64,000 nt of DNA, taken from contig NMRA01000133.1 of the NCBI GenBank assembly GCA_002633005.1, forward strand, positions 750,809-814,808. The letters are read 5' to 3'. Within the stretch, counting starts at the first letter, position 1. Each line of letters starts with the position of its first letter. Origin of the DNA: Phoronis australis (Eukaryota > Animalia > Phoronida). Shown one piece after another: positions 48,201 through 60,200 of this stretch. The position numbers were made by a program, and so were the translations under genes. A model generated the notes under the pieces. It had not been told where the DNA came from. It was given only the letters and a program-made list of their open reading frames with translations, and ran no database searches.

Positions 48201-51200
48201 ACAGTCCTGAACAATTTTCATAAAATTTGGTATATAGGCACCTATTAGTGAGATGATGCTATCCTCCCGTTTTCGGATGGATTGGACATAGTTTACGGCA
48301 CCTAGTGGCCATTTTTACTGTTTTCGAGTCTGTTTTTTTTGCATCCACCCCTCTATCAACCAAACCACTCAAAGGATGATTGTGAAAATTGGCACGTGTG
48401 TTCTTGACGATTTTCCGGCGATTTCGACTAGTGTGGCGTTTCCTAGTGGCAGTTTTTTTTTTTTGAGCCTTTGGCTGTATCTCCTAAACCGTTCACAGGA
48501 TCTTTACTAAATTTTGTAAATGTATTTATGTGATGTCAGCAACGGAGGATGACGACGTTTGAACAGATCTGACTACTGGTGTGCCACCTAGTGGCAATTT
48601 TTTTTACGTTTACCACTCTATGTTCAAAGATCTTCAATGTATTTTCATAAAATTTGGCATACAGGCATCTGTTAATGAGATAACGCTATCTCTTCGTTTT
48701 CAGATGGATTGGACCTCATTTGCGCCACCTAGTGGCCATTTTTACTGTTTTTTGAGTCTGTTTTTTGGCGTTCACTCTTCTATCAACCAAACCGTTTTCA
48801 GGATAATTGTAAAAATTGGCATGTATGTTTTTAGTGAACCGCTGATTATGATTTTCCGACGATTTCAACTACTGTGACACCTCATAGTGGCAGTTTTGTT
48901 TTTTTTGCGCTCATAGCTGTATCTCCTATAGCAGGATCTGTACTTAATGTAGTGAGTGTATTTAAATGATGTTGACAACGAACGACGACACCTTTCAGAC
49001 GGATCTGACTACTGGGGTGCCCCCTAGTGGCAATTTTAGTTCTTTACGTTTCAGTCTGTATCTTCAAAGGTCCTCAACAGATTTTCATAAAATTTTGAAT
49101 ATAGGCATATGTTGGTGAGGTGACGCTATTCTCCTGTTTTTGGATGGAATTGAGGTATTTTGCGCCACCTAGTGGCCATTTTTGCTGTTTTCAAATCTTG
49201 TTTTTGGTGTCCACACCTCTGTCAACTAAATCATTCTAGGGATGGTTTTGAAAATTGGCGTATATGTTGTCAGTGTGAAGAGGACGTTTGATGATGGTGA
49301 CTGACTACTGTGGCGCCTCCTAGTGGTTGTTTTGTTTTGTTTTGCGCCCATAGCTGTATCTCCTAAACCCATGCAGGATCTTTAATGAATTTAGTAAGTG
49401 TATTTATATGAAGATAACAACAGACGACTTCAGGCGGATCCAACGGATGCTGTTCCCACTAGTGGCAATTTCATTTTATTCTGTTTTCCATTGTTTCTCT
49501 GAAGTTCCTCGTCAGATTTTTATGAAATATGGCATGTTCCCGTTTTTGGATGGATTGTACATTTTTGCGCCATCTTGTGGCCATTTTTATGATACAAATA
49601 AGTAACCCTAAAAGCACATCATTTGCGATGCATTCCTGGGCACATTTCAATGCTCCGCGTTGCTCTTGTTATTTATTTAAATAAAAGCGATTGACTGTGC
49701 AGTCAAGTAACACACTCTATGTACTCCAAACTTTAATACTAAGAGAGTGTGGTCTTGAGACAACATTGTGTGCAGTTCGCACATGCCATCTGGTGGTGGC
49801 ATCTTGCAACAGACTTCAAATGTGTCAAAGGCAAAAGTCATACAGTCCTTTATGAGATCAAAATGGTCGTGGTTATCACGCCGATAAATTCTATTCCCAA
49901 GAGGCTTTCAATAAACTATAAAATGTCTCTTTTCTATTAAGATGCAAGTATTAGGAAAACCAAAGTCATCGCCAGTTGCTGAAGAAACCACTGCTCCTGC
50001 TGTGACTTTCCAAAATAAAGCTCGAGACATGTTTGCCAAGGCTATACACTCAAAGGTTTGTTTAGTTTGCATTGTTTATCTAGTATGGGCTGTACATTGG
50101 TTACATGTTGTGACCAAGATTTTATGTCTGGCTTAATTTTGCTTTCTACTGGGCTTGAATGAACCCTTTAAGTGGCAGTGGCTGTAGTTCGCTAAGTCTT
50201 TGATAACTCGGTCAGAATCCCATCAGATTTAGTAGATTTCCCATTCAAAATTACGAGTGTTGTTCATTGTCGTGATGCAGTAACTTGTTCAGAGACCAAG
50301 TACTGAAGGTATTAAATTTCTTTACATTTTATAGGCTCACATATTAAGTGGGTACATATTACCATCAACGTCACTCAGGCGTCTGCCTTTCTATCTCCCA
50401 AACCGCTAGATGGATCAGCTTGAAATTTTACGGACCTCGTTCTACCAGAATTAGAATGGCCTTTGCCAATGCACTGAAAATGATCCGACTACATCTGTGC
50501 CCCTAGATTTTGCGACTGCTTTTATATCTACCAAGTTCCTTGAGGAATTTTCATGACATTTGACTGATATGTTTCCATTAAATGTGACGTGTGCTGCATT
50601 GCCGTGTGCCACGTCTAGCGTTTTGTGTCTGTAGTGACGGCTCGTTTCTATCTGCCAAACCACGGTAAGGTTCGTCATGAAATTTGGCAGATGTTTTCAT
50701 GTTGAATGATGCAAGGCTAACATTGATTTTTGAACTTACTACTGCTATAGAAATTTTAGTTTGTATTTGTCTGCTACAATGTCTACTAGCACCTTTGATG
50801 AATATTCATGAAATTAGGTTTGGTGTATTTCTATCATGAAGACAAATTCCGCCCACTGTCGAACTGATATAACCTATACTGCAGCCTGTATTGACAGTTT
50901 TGTTTTTTTGCATTGACATCTAGTGTAAAGAACCCTGATAGATTTTCATGAATTCGTCTGTGCTGCCCTCTAATGGCAATTATACTGTTTTGTGTCTGCC
51001 TCAATAAGTAATTGTTTTGAGGATTAGGTGACGGACATTATTTTTCACATGGATTCAACTGTAACTGCATTCGTAGTGGCCATTCAACATATCACCCCTC
51101 ATCTCTGTGCTGTTTGGGATGTACACAATGAAAGCATACCAACACTCTGTGTTGCTCTTCTTTCGGCGTGAACCTGATTTGTCTAAGCGAAAAGGTTGAT

Positions 51201-54200
51201 GCAAAAACTGGCGTGGGTTCCTTAGAAACGAGAACCTGGCGAAAACCCCAGATCACACAAGACTTTGCGAGATATCGACGTGTGCTACAATGTGATCACA
51301 CTACCATTGTCCGTTAGATTCTTGTATCTACCCAACTCAGCCCTGGTTTTTGTAACCTAGTATGCATAAAACTGAATACTTCCATTCATTTTAACAGTCT
51401 TGAAGCTGTTAATTATAAATTTCATTTTCAGAAGGCAGCATTAAAAGTGCACGTGAAAAAGCAGTTGGTAAAACAGAAGATAAATTCAGACATTGTGCGG
51501 CAGCGCTGCCGTTTTAAGGTCCAGTCTTACGTGAAGGATAAAATGAAGGTAATATTTGGTGTTGAGCAAGATTGAGGAATCTTCCTAGTAAATGTTTAGT
51601 CTTGTTTTTGTCCGAAATACAGATAATCTCGGTGTAAAGTTCGTGGCATTAATACTGTACATGACATATTCCTAACACCGAAGACTACTGGTCCAATTGC
51701 AAAATTAAAAACAAAAAGCAATATGAAAGCACTCGGAGGAGCGACACTTGGCGAAATTAACTGAAAAGAACTCAATGAGGATGATGATCTGTAAGAAATA
51801 GACTACGGTCTTGTTCAGTAGAAGGTAAACCAACAACAGTGCAGCAAAATCAGTCAACAAAGGATCAGCATTATCAGAAAATCTCAAATAATTAAAAAAG
51901 TAGACGTCCTATAGCAAAAAGTGGTTACGCAGCACTTAATAATAGCTAGTTACAATAAACTAACACTTGAAAAATTTCGAAGTAATTGATCCTACAATGC
52001 GCCCTCTACATGATGAAACGTTTTCATTTTGAAATCGAGGTGTGCATGCGTAATTGCCGATATATTTCCGCCGTCCTTAACCGGAAGTAAATGATTTTCA
52101 GCACATCTGTGGAACTCGCCTAATACAATAACTGTACTGATTTTCAAGCAAGCACGTCAAAAATTACGGCCTCTATGAACATTTGAATCTGAAATCAGAA
52201 ACAAAATGGCCTCCACGTCCGCCGTCTTGGATCCTAAGATGACTAAAAACTATAGGCTTCTAGCTCATTTAGAACTACAAGTTGTGTGTAAATTTCGTGC
52301 TGATGGGACGAAAATTGCGACCTGTATTATGCGAACAAAAAAAAAACAGTATCACAGCGACATACTTAGTGAAAATTTTTCGCCAAGTAACTGAAAACCG
52401 TTAGTTCATGCTTCAACAAACAAAAACAATGGATCAACATGAGCTTTGTTGTGTCATGGCGTAACAAACAGTTTAATTCAAAAGACTACAAAATGCTCAA
52501 TGCAGACAAACCTTCTAATCTTTACCATTTGACCACTAGTTGGTGAAGCTAACAACCAGTGACCATTAGTTATCCAGTCACCAATGCATGCCCCACCTGG
52601 TGGTCAATGGTAAAATGATACGCAGTAAATTAACTGGTGTTTATCCGACAACCAATAGTTTCTCTCATGTTAACCAATAGTTTCTCTCATGTTCAAACAA
52701 CCAATAGCTGGTCTTTGGTATGGACAACCCAAAACATAAACAGGTGAAGATTTGGCATATGCTTTGTCAATTTCATGAAAAGTATAGCAACTTTTTGCAT
52801 GTATATGGCCACATGTGGCACCACATATTCCCCAGTACACATACTGCTCTGCAAATGTCATTGTTTAGTGGAAGGTTGTTGTGTAGAGCAATGTGTGTAT
52901 CTGTTGAAAATGGACGGTTTGATTTGGATGAAACTTGAAAACGCTTCAAGCGGCTGATCTGTGGTTCCTGTTCAGCATTTCTCTGTGATAAATGTTTTGA
53001 TCATTATCCTTGTTTTGTTTAAGTTTTTGTATCATTTTTAAAATACCTTTGGTGTTTGTTAATTGTTTGCTTTTCTTCATATTTCAGCAATTAAGTGAAA
53101 AAAAAGAAAGTGAAGTGAAGAAAAACAAGAAAATGTCTTTAGCTGAACTTCAGCACACCATTGAAACAGCGACGGCAGATGAACTTTTCAACTTATTTGA
53201 ACCGTCACTTAGTCTTGTGAAGCTTGATGTTCCATCTACAGTATCTGTAAATGATATTGAAAATGTTATTGTGGATTCTATCATTAGTTTAGACCCGGAT
53301 GCCTTACGACTTGGTTTTGTTTCACACGACGTTTTGAGTAGGGTAGGAAAAGAGTTGCTTTTGTTGAACAAGCTTTGCACAGCTAGGCAGTCTTTAATAA
53401 AGAGACAAAACATTTTTGAAGCTATGGGCAAAACGTCTGCAGACGGTTATAACGAGGGTGAAGACAGCCTTGAAGACGTTACTGAACACATGTCAGCACA
53501 GGAAGATGGCAATGAAGGAACATCAGAGGATAAAATTGTCATTGATACTGGTGTACAAATATATGTATTTGCAGACCAGCTTACCCAGAGTGCACTAGGA
53601 GTCATCAAGTCAGAACCATGTGAGAATAATGAAGGTGATACAGTGCCACCTGGTGTTGCTCTGCCACATTTAAATGAAGATGATGGTGGAAGCATGTCTG
53701 ATTCTTTTGGTTGTCACGAGTCCATCACTGTGAATGGTGTGTCTCCACAACAACATGAGATGATCGGAATTCTTGCAGATCCTCTCTTATTGGCTGAAAG
53801 GTTAGAATCGTGCGATGAGGACTCTTCTTTGAAGCTAGAAACGAGCAGCTATGATGTGCATTCCAGATACACTGAACAAAAGGCATTCCGAAGTGTGTTT
53901 GACTTAGCAAAAGATAACAGACTGTTTGACGAGAGTTCTAACTCAAACAGCCCACATATGGTGCAAAAAGAACACAGTTTTAATCTTAACACTCCTTCCA
54001 CAAACGAGTCCGACCGAGACAGTAAAAGCAAGACTCGAGTGAAACTCGATGCCAAATGTTTTTACAAGAAAATGAAAAGTAGCTTAAGAAATGTGCTTAA
54101 GCCCCCAGAAGTCAAATTGGAGACTGCAGATGATGAGAGCATATTGGGTGATTTGTCAAGTAAATCAGTGGAAGAGACTGAAGCTGTTGCAAAATGTATG

Positions 54201-57200
54201 AAGGAGTTAAGCTCAGTGGAAGAAACTCATGTTGTAAAGCATGAAAAAGAAGACTTAAGCTCAGTGGAAGAAACTCCTGTTGAGACTCATTCAACGTCTA
54301 TAGCGGCTCCTCTGGTGGCAGGTGGTGCAAAATTCGATTCGGTTGAAGAAAGTGGAGAAACTGTTGTGGAAGATGGTACTGCAGATGTGTTAGAAGGAAA
54401 CTCTGTTGTTCAAAGCTGTGAAAATTCTAGTGAAATTCTATCGTCAGATTTGGCTTCGGAAGACAGCTTGAGCAAATATGGATCAGTTGAAAATGAAGAC
54501 TTTCCTCATGTATCAAAAAATACTTTAAGCCCTTCTTGTTCTGACTCTGTGAAAGTTGAAGCAGAAAGTACTGTGGATAGAACCATTGTACCTAAACAAG
54601 AATCTAGTCATTTGGATGATCTTATTAAGAAGATGAGCAATCGAGTGGCACCGTTAGAATGTTCTCTTTCAGAGGCAGGAGCTGATGGCCAGATGTGCAG
54701 TGATGATGAATCTGATGAAGATGAGTCATCTGCTGAAAGCTCATCACTGTCGTCATCAGAGGAAGATAGTGAGGATGATGAGGAAAGTGACGGTGAAGAG
54801 GAAGAAGAGTTTGATGATGATGGTGACGACGTGTCCAAGTCAGAGTCTGCTGCAGGAAGCAAGTCTGCTGAAGGAAGTTTGATTGGCACAAACACTGGAA
54901 TTTCAAAGATACCTAATAAAAGTAACAGTTCAGTCGGTAGAGTTGATGCTGACAAGTCTGATGAGTGTACTTCAGGTGTGGAAGGTATACCATGTCAAGT
55001 TAGTGCACAAGGCCAGTTGGGTTTGAGCACGTGTTCTAATGGACACGAAGCAAGTAGTAGTGTGAATACTACTGAGGCATTGGAGGCTGAAGAGTCAGAA
55101 AGCAGTCTTGAAAGGAGTTTGATGGATGTGAGAAATGATAAGGAATTCAAAGGTGAACACGGTCCACAAATAGAAACATCAGAGAGCAATTCAGGGAGAA
55201 TAGAAGAGAACGAAAATCTGGTAGTTGGTGGTGACGTCCCTATGAAACCATCTGTAGAACATATGGATGACAAAAAGTGTATTTCTGATAGCTGTGATAT
55301 TGATATTAAGCCATGTTCTTCAGATGTGCGGTTATCTCTGAAAGTGACAGATTCATGTAGAGACCTTAAGGCTGATGGTGAAGACACCGCTGCTGGTAAA
55401 ACGTCCGAAAGAAGTGAAGATGTTTTTGAAAAATTGAACATTATGATGAATCGTGTTTTGTCGCATGAGGGCGACACCATTGACACAGTGCCTGGTGCCA
55501 TGTGTCATGCAAGTACAGTTGGTGAGAAAATGAGTGGAAACCCCATGAACAAAATCTATGTGAATGTTAAAAAGGAAAGTAACCCTGAGGACGTGACACC
55601 TGATGAAGATTCACTTAACAACCAAGAGAGGTCAGGTGGAAGGGCTGTTTTACAGTTGCAAAGTAGATACGTAAAAGGGCCAAAGGGAGAAGGACCTGAT
55701 GGTCTGCGGCCTGTTAAAGTCATAGCTTCGACACTTGAGGGAATGGACAGGCAGCAGAACAAAGATGGGAAACTATGTATTGACGTAAATTCACTGTCTG
55801 CTCATTCATGCCTTAGAGAACTTGCAAAACAAGAGTTTGTGACAGTATGTACCAGTTCAGGTGGGCATGGGGCACTGTTGTCTGACTCCAATAAGTGCAT
55901 AGAAGATTCATCTGTCTTGAGTTCTCAAAATGGTCCCTTTGAGTCCGAGTCTTCGACTCCTTCTGCCAGTAATATTGATTCTCTTGCTAACATGAAAGTG
56001 AGCAAACAAGACACGGCTAGAGACTGTGCATCTTCAGAAGTCATGAAAGATGATCAGGAGACAACGATGTCGGACTCCAAAGCTGACGAAGAGATGAGTG
56101 ACATCAGCTCCTCAACTATTACTTTGGGATATGGTTCTTCTGATGATACTGGTATTGATATGGATAATGGTTCAACTAGTGTACATGGAAAGCAAGAGGC
56201 GGCGAATGAATCTGAATCGTCAAAAGTCATGAATGAGGGAGCGGAGGCACCACCATCAGACCCCAAGGTCAAAGAAGAATTGTGTCAAGGTAGCGAAGGT
56301 GTGCAGCCAGTCACTGATTGTTCTCTGCAGATTGATTACACGTCAGTTGTGTCACTCAGTGGAAAAGAAGGTAAGAAAACATGTCGCTTTCTCGTGGTTG
56401 TACTTTTTATGTGCCCACATATTTTTATGTGGACGCATTACGCCGTCATCGTCCGTCCAGCGTCCGCTGTTTTATCTTTAAAACGCCTTAACGTATGTTC
56501 ATAAAATTTTGCATATGTATTTCTTCCGTGGATGGGACGGCATGAGTGAACTTTCGGACGGATCTGACTACTGGTGTGCCCCCTAGTTGCAATTATAGTT
56601 TTTATGTTTACCTCTGTCTCTTCAAAAGTCCTTAACGGATTTTCATAAAATTTGGAATATAGTACCTATTAGTGAGATGACGCTATCCTTCCATTTTCAG
56701 ATGGATTTGACGTAGTTTGCGCCACCTAGTGGCCATTTTTACTGTTTTCGAGTCTGTTTTTTGGCGTCCACTCATCTATCAACCAAACCGCTTTCAGGAT
56801 AATTGTGAAAATTTGCATGTATGTTTTTACTATGAAGTGGCTGACGGCGATTTGCAATGAGTTCGACTCTGTGGCGCCTCCTAGTGGCAATTTTGTTCTT
56901 TTTTGCGTTGATGGCTGTATCTATTGCAGGATTTCCTCAACAGATTTTCATAAAATTTTGAATACGGGCATCTATTTGGTGAAATGACGCTATCATCCTG
57001 TTTTTGGATGGAATCGAGATATTTTGCACCACCTGGTGGCCATTTTTGCTGTTTGCAAATCTTTTTTTGGCGTCCGCCCCTCGATCAACCAAATCATTCT
57101 AGGGATGGCTTTGAAAATTGGCGTATATGTTTTCAGTCTGAAGAGGATGTTTGATGATGGCGACTTACTACTGTGGCGCCTCCTAGTGGTAATTTAGTTT

Positions 57201-60200
57201 TGTTTTGCGCCCATAGCTGTATCTCCGAAACCCACTGCAGGATCTTTATTAAATTTAGTAAGTGAATTTATACGAAGATAACAGACGACGACTTTCAGGT
57301 GGATGGAACGGATGCTGTGCCCACAAGTAGCAATTTCATTTTGTTCTGTTTTCCTTTGTTTCTCTGAAGTTCCTTGATAGATTTTTATGAAATATGGCAT
57401 GTTCCCGTGTTTGGATGGATTGTACGTTCTTGTGCCATCTAGTGACCATTTTGATGATACAAATAAACAACTCTAAAAGCATACCATTTGTGATGCATTC
57501 GTAGGTGCATTTCGACGCTCCACGTTGCTCTTGTTTCTTCATTTTGCTAACGTGTACCTTGAAAATAGGTGTGGTCAGTTGTTTTATTCTGTAGGAATGT
57601 TTGTATGCTCACAACTTGTTTACACCTAACTTTGCTGTCACTTGATGTACTGCACATTCGGACACGTTTATCATCCACCTATGCACGAGGCATAGGCCTT
57701 GTTCAAATGCTAATGTGAATGTAATTTTTGCTTTGGTTTCCCCCCAGATCCCACGCTACTTAACAGAAAGGCATTGAGTTTGGCGTCCTGCTCCACCGCT
57801 CTCTCATCTTTACAAATGTTTGAGAAGAATTCTCAGGGTGAAAAAAAGAAGTCTGCATTCATAAGTGAAGAGCTTGACAATTATCTTGACTCTGCTGAGA
57901 ACTTGGGAGTTGAAGTAACTGGCCTGAGGGGATGTCTGAAGGAAAAAGAGAAGGTAAAGAAAAGTTGAGAGATACGGTTGAAATACTTATGAGTGCGTTA
58001 AAATTTCTCCATTCTCGGACAGTCTCTAGAATTTGGGACACAAAAACTTCTAAAAAATTTCTTGGTTCTGAAATGTGGGACGATCTTAATTTTGGCATTC
58101 ACTATATTTCTTGTGTTTTGGACGATGTGTTTTCATTCTACACTACAAAGTGGGGAATTTTGTAGTTTTTCAACTGATTCGTCAACATGGGATGGCCAAG
58201 AACTCCAGAAATACGTTACCCATGTTTTCAAAGTGATCATTTTTGCCTGTGTCTAGTGCTGATAGTCATGATAACTTGGTTTCAGAAATCATCAAGTCAC
58301 ATTATCCCGGACATTGATGAGATTGAGGGCTTACCTATCCTGTCCTTCACGTCAGAGGCCCTGCTCAAAGCGCATATCTCCATTGACCAGTCCAAGCAGA
58401 TAGCCTGTGGTCTGGCTGACCTCAAGGGTCTCTGTGACAACAAGAATCAGGATAGAAGATCTGAGTACGTGGAGCTAATGCAAGCAAAAGCCAGTCAAAC
58501 TAAAACTACTCAACGGTCGACGTCCAGTAAGGACATCAAACGGATCAAACAACTGCAGGAGAAGTTTGATTTGAAGGTGAGCAATAAGTCTTAATTGTTG
58601 TACTTAGCCAATACTTGTGATTCAGTGAATGCCACGGTTGGTCTACACATTACTCCAATACTATTTTCTTGTTAATTGTTATCAAGTGTACTGTACAAGC
58701 AAAAAATTGACACAATGCTTTTTCTATATCAGGATGGTCAACTGCATCTGCAAATTGTAAATACGATGTGTCATAAGGGCTGTTGTACTGTCTAGTGGCC
58801 GGTTTGATGATTTTCGAGTCTTTTAGCACCTACCTCTCTATCGCCCAAACCACTCCAAGGATCATCATGAAAATTGCCGTATGCATTTTTACTGGGAACA
58901 GTTTGGGACTGAAGATGATTTTCAGACATGTCTGACTGTTGTGGCACCCTCCTAATGTCAGTTTTGTTGTTTGCCTGTGGCTCAATATCTACTTAGTCCT
59001 TTGATAGTAGTGAGTTTCTGTTGGGGGAGAGTGCAACTGACTTAGATTTTGAGACAAATCCTACTACTGTGGAGTCCCCTAGTGGCAGTTTTGATTTCCT
59101 TTGCGTTCGCTTTGATATCTGCAAAGCTCCTTGATGGTTAAGTATAAATTCGCCCTTCGTCACAAAAAACAGTTTTGGTTTAGACCTCTTATGAAATTAT
59201 GTCACTTGGAGGCTTGGAAAGAACTGACAGTTAATTATAGCTTGAGGCAAGACTCTGCTTCACCGAGCATTGGTCTCAAGCAAGGAAAATGAGTACAGGT
59301 TATCTGGTGTCTTTTGTAGTGCATCAGACGCGCGCAGCCCACATGGTTGGCTGCCACTGCGCAAAACACCCGAGCAATAAGGTGAATAATGAACTTCCAG
59401 CTCTTTGCAAGTCCAAACATCTCTTCTCATCAAGCCGAGACCAATTTTATTGTAGTAAATGGTCTACAACAAAAGTTAGTTTCTTCAACAGAACGCCGTT
59501 TTTTTGCCACTTTCAATTTGGCAAATAAGTTACTGTAATGTAGAGGACCATATACCTGCTCCATTTCAGATGAATTTGATCTGTGTTTTGCTCCCTGTAG
59601 TGGCCTTTTTGTTATTTTTATGTGTACTCTTTTTTTTTCTCTGCCTTATTCTCCATGCTGCATGGATTTGAAAGTTGGCAAATAGCATTGAGGACTTGTG
59701 TTGCAGAGGCTAGAGGCTATTTTAGGTATTCTAGTTTTGCTCCATCTATTGGGGATGATTGTTCTGTGTATTTGCATTGTATGTGATGCACACTGAATGC
59801 TTATCAATGCTCCGCCTTGCTCTTGTCTTTTAATACTTGTCTTTCAAGCGTTCTTGTTTTTGTAGGATGCTGCAATGCATCTGACCAAGCTACACTGGAA
59901 GACTGAAGAGAGTTTGTTAAAGCAGTTATCTCCGTCAGAGTTTAAGAGCATTGGTCTGAACATTCGCCGGAAACGACGCAAGAACTTGACATTCACCCAT
60001 CGCAAATCCAACAGTCAGAGTCGACAGGAGGCCAAAGGCAGATCGCTCTTCTCGCACCCTCTCTTGAAGGGTAAATCATTTGGAAGGAGCTTTGAAACAG
60101 AGATTAAGAAAGGTTGTGGTGGGAAACCTGAGGTCAGTGCCAAGGTGCCAGACACTAGCCTGAACAAGTTCAAGGCCAACTTTAAGAAGCTTCAGAATAC

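Noticed and set aside
53150-56272. Antisense ORFs over the large MGA exon
   Set aside because: Shadow ORFs of a Ser/Asp/Glu-rich coding exon, with no recognisable domains.
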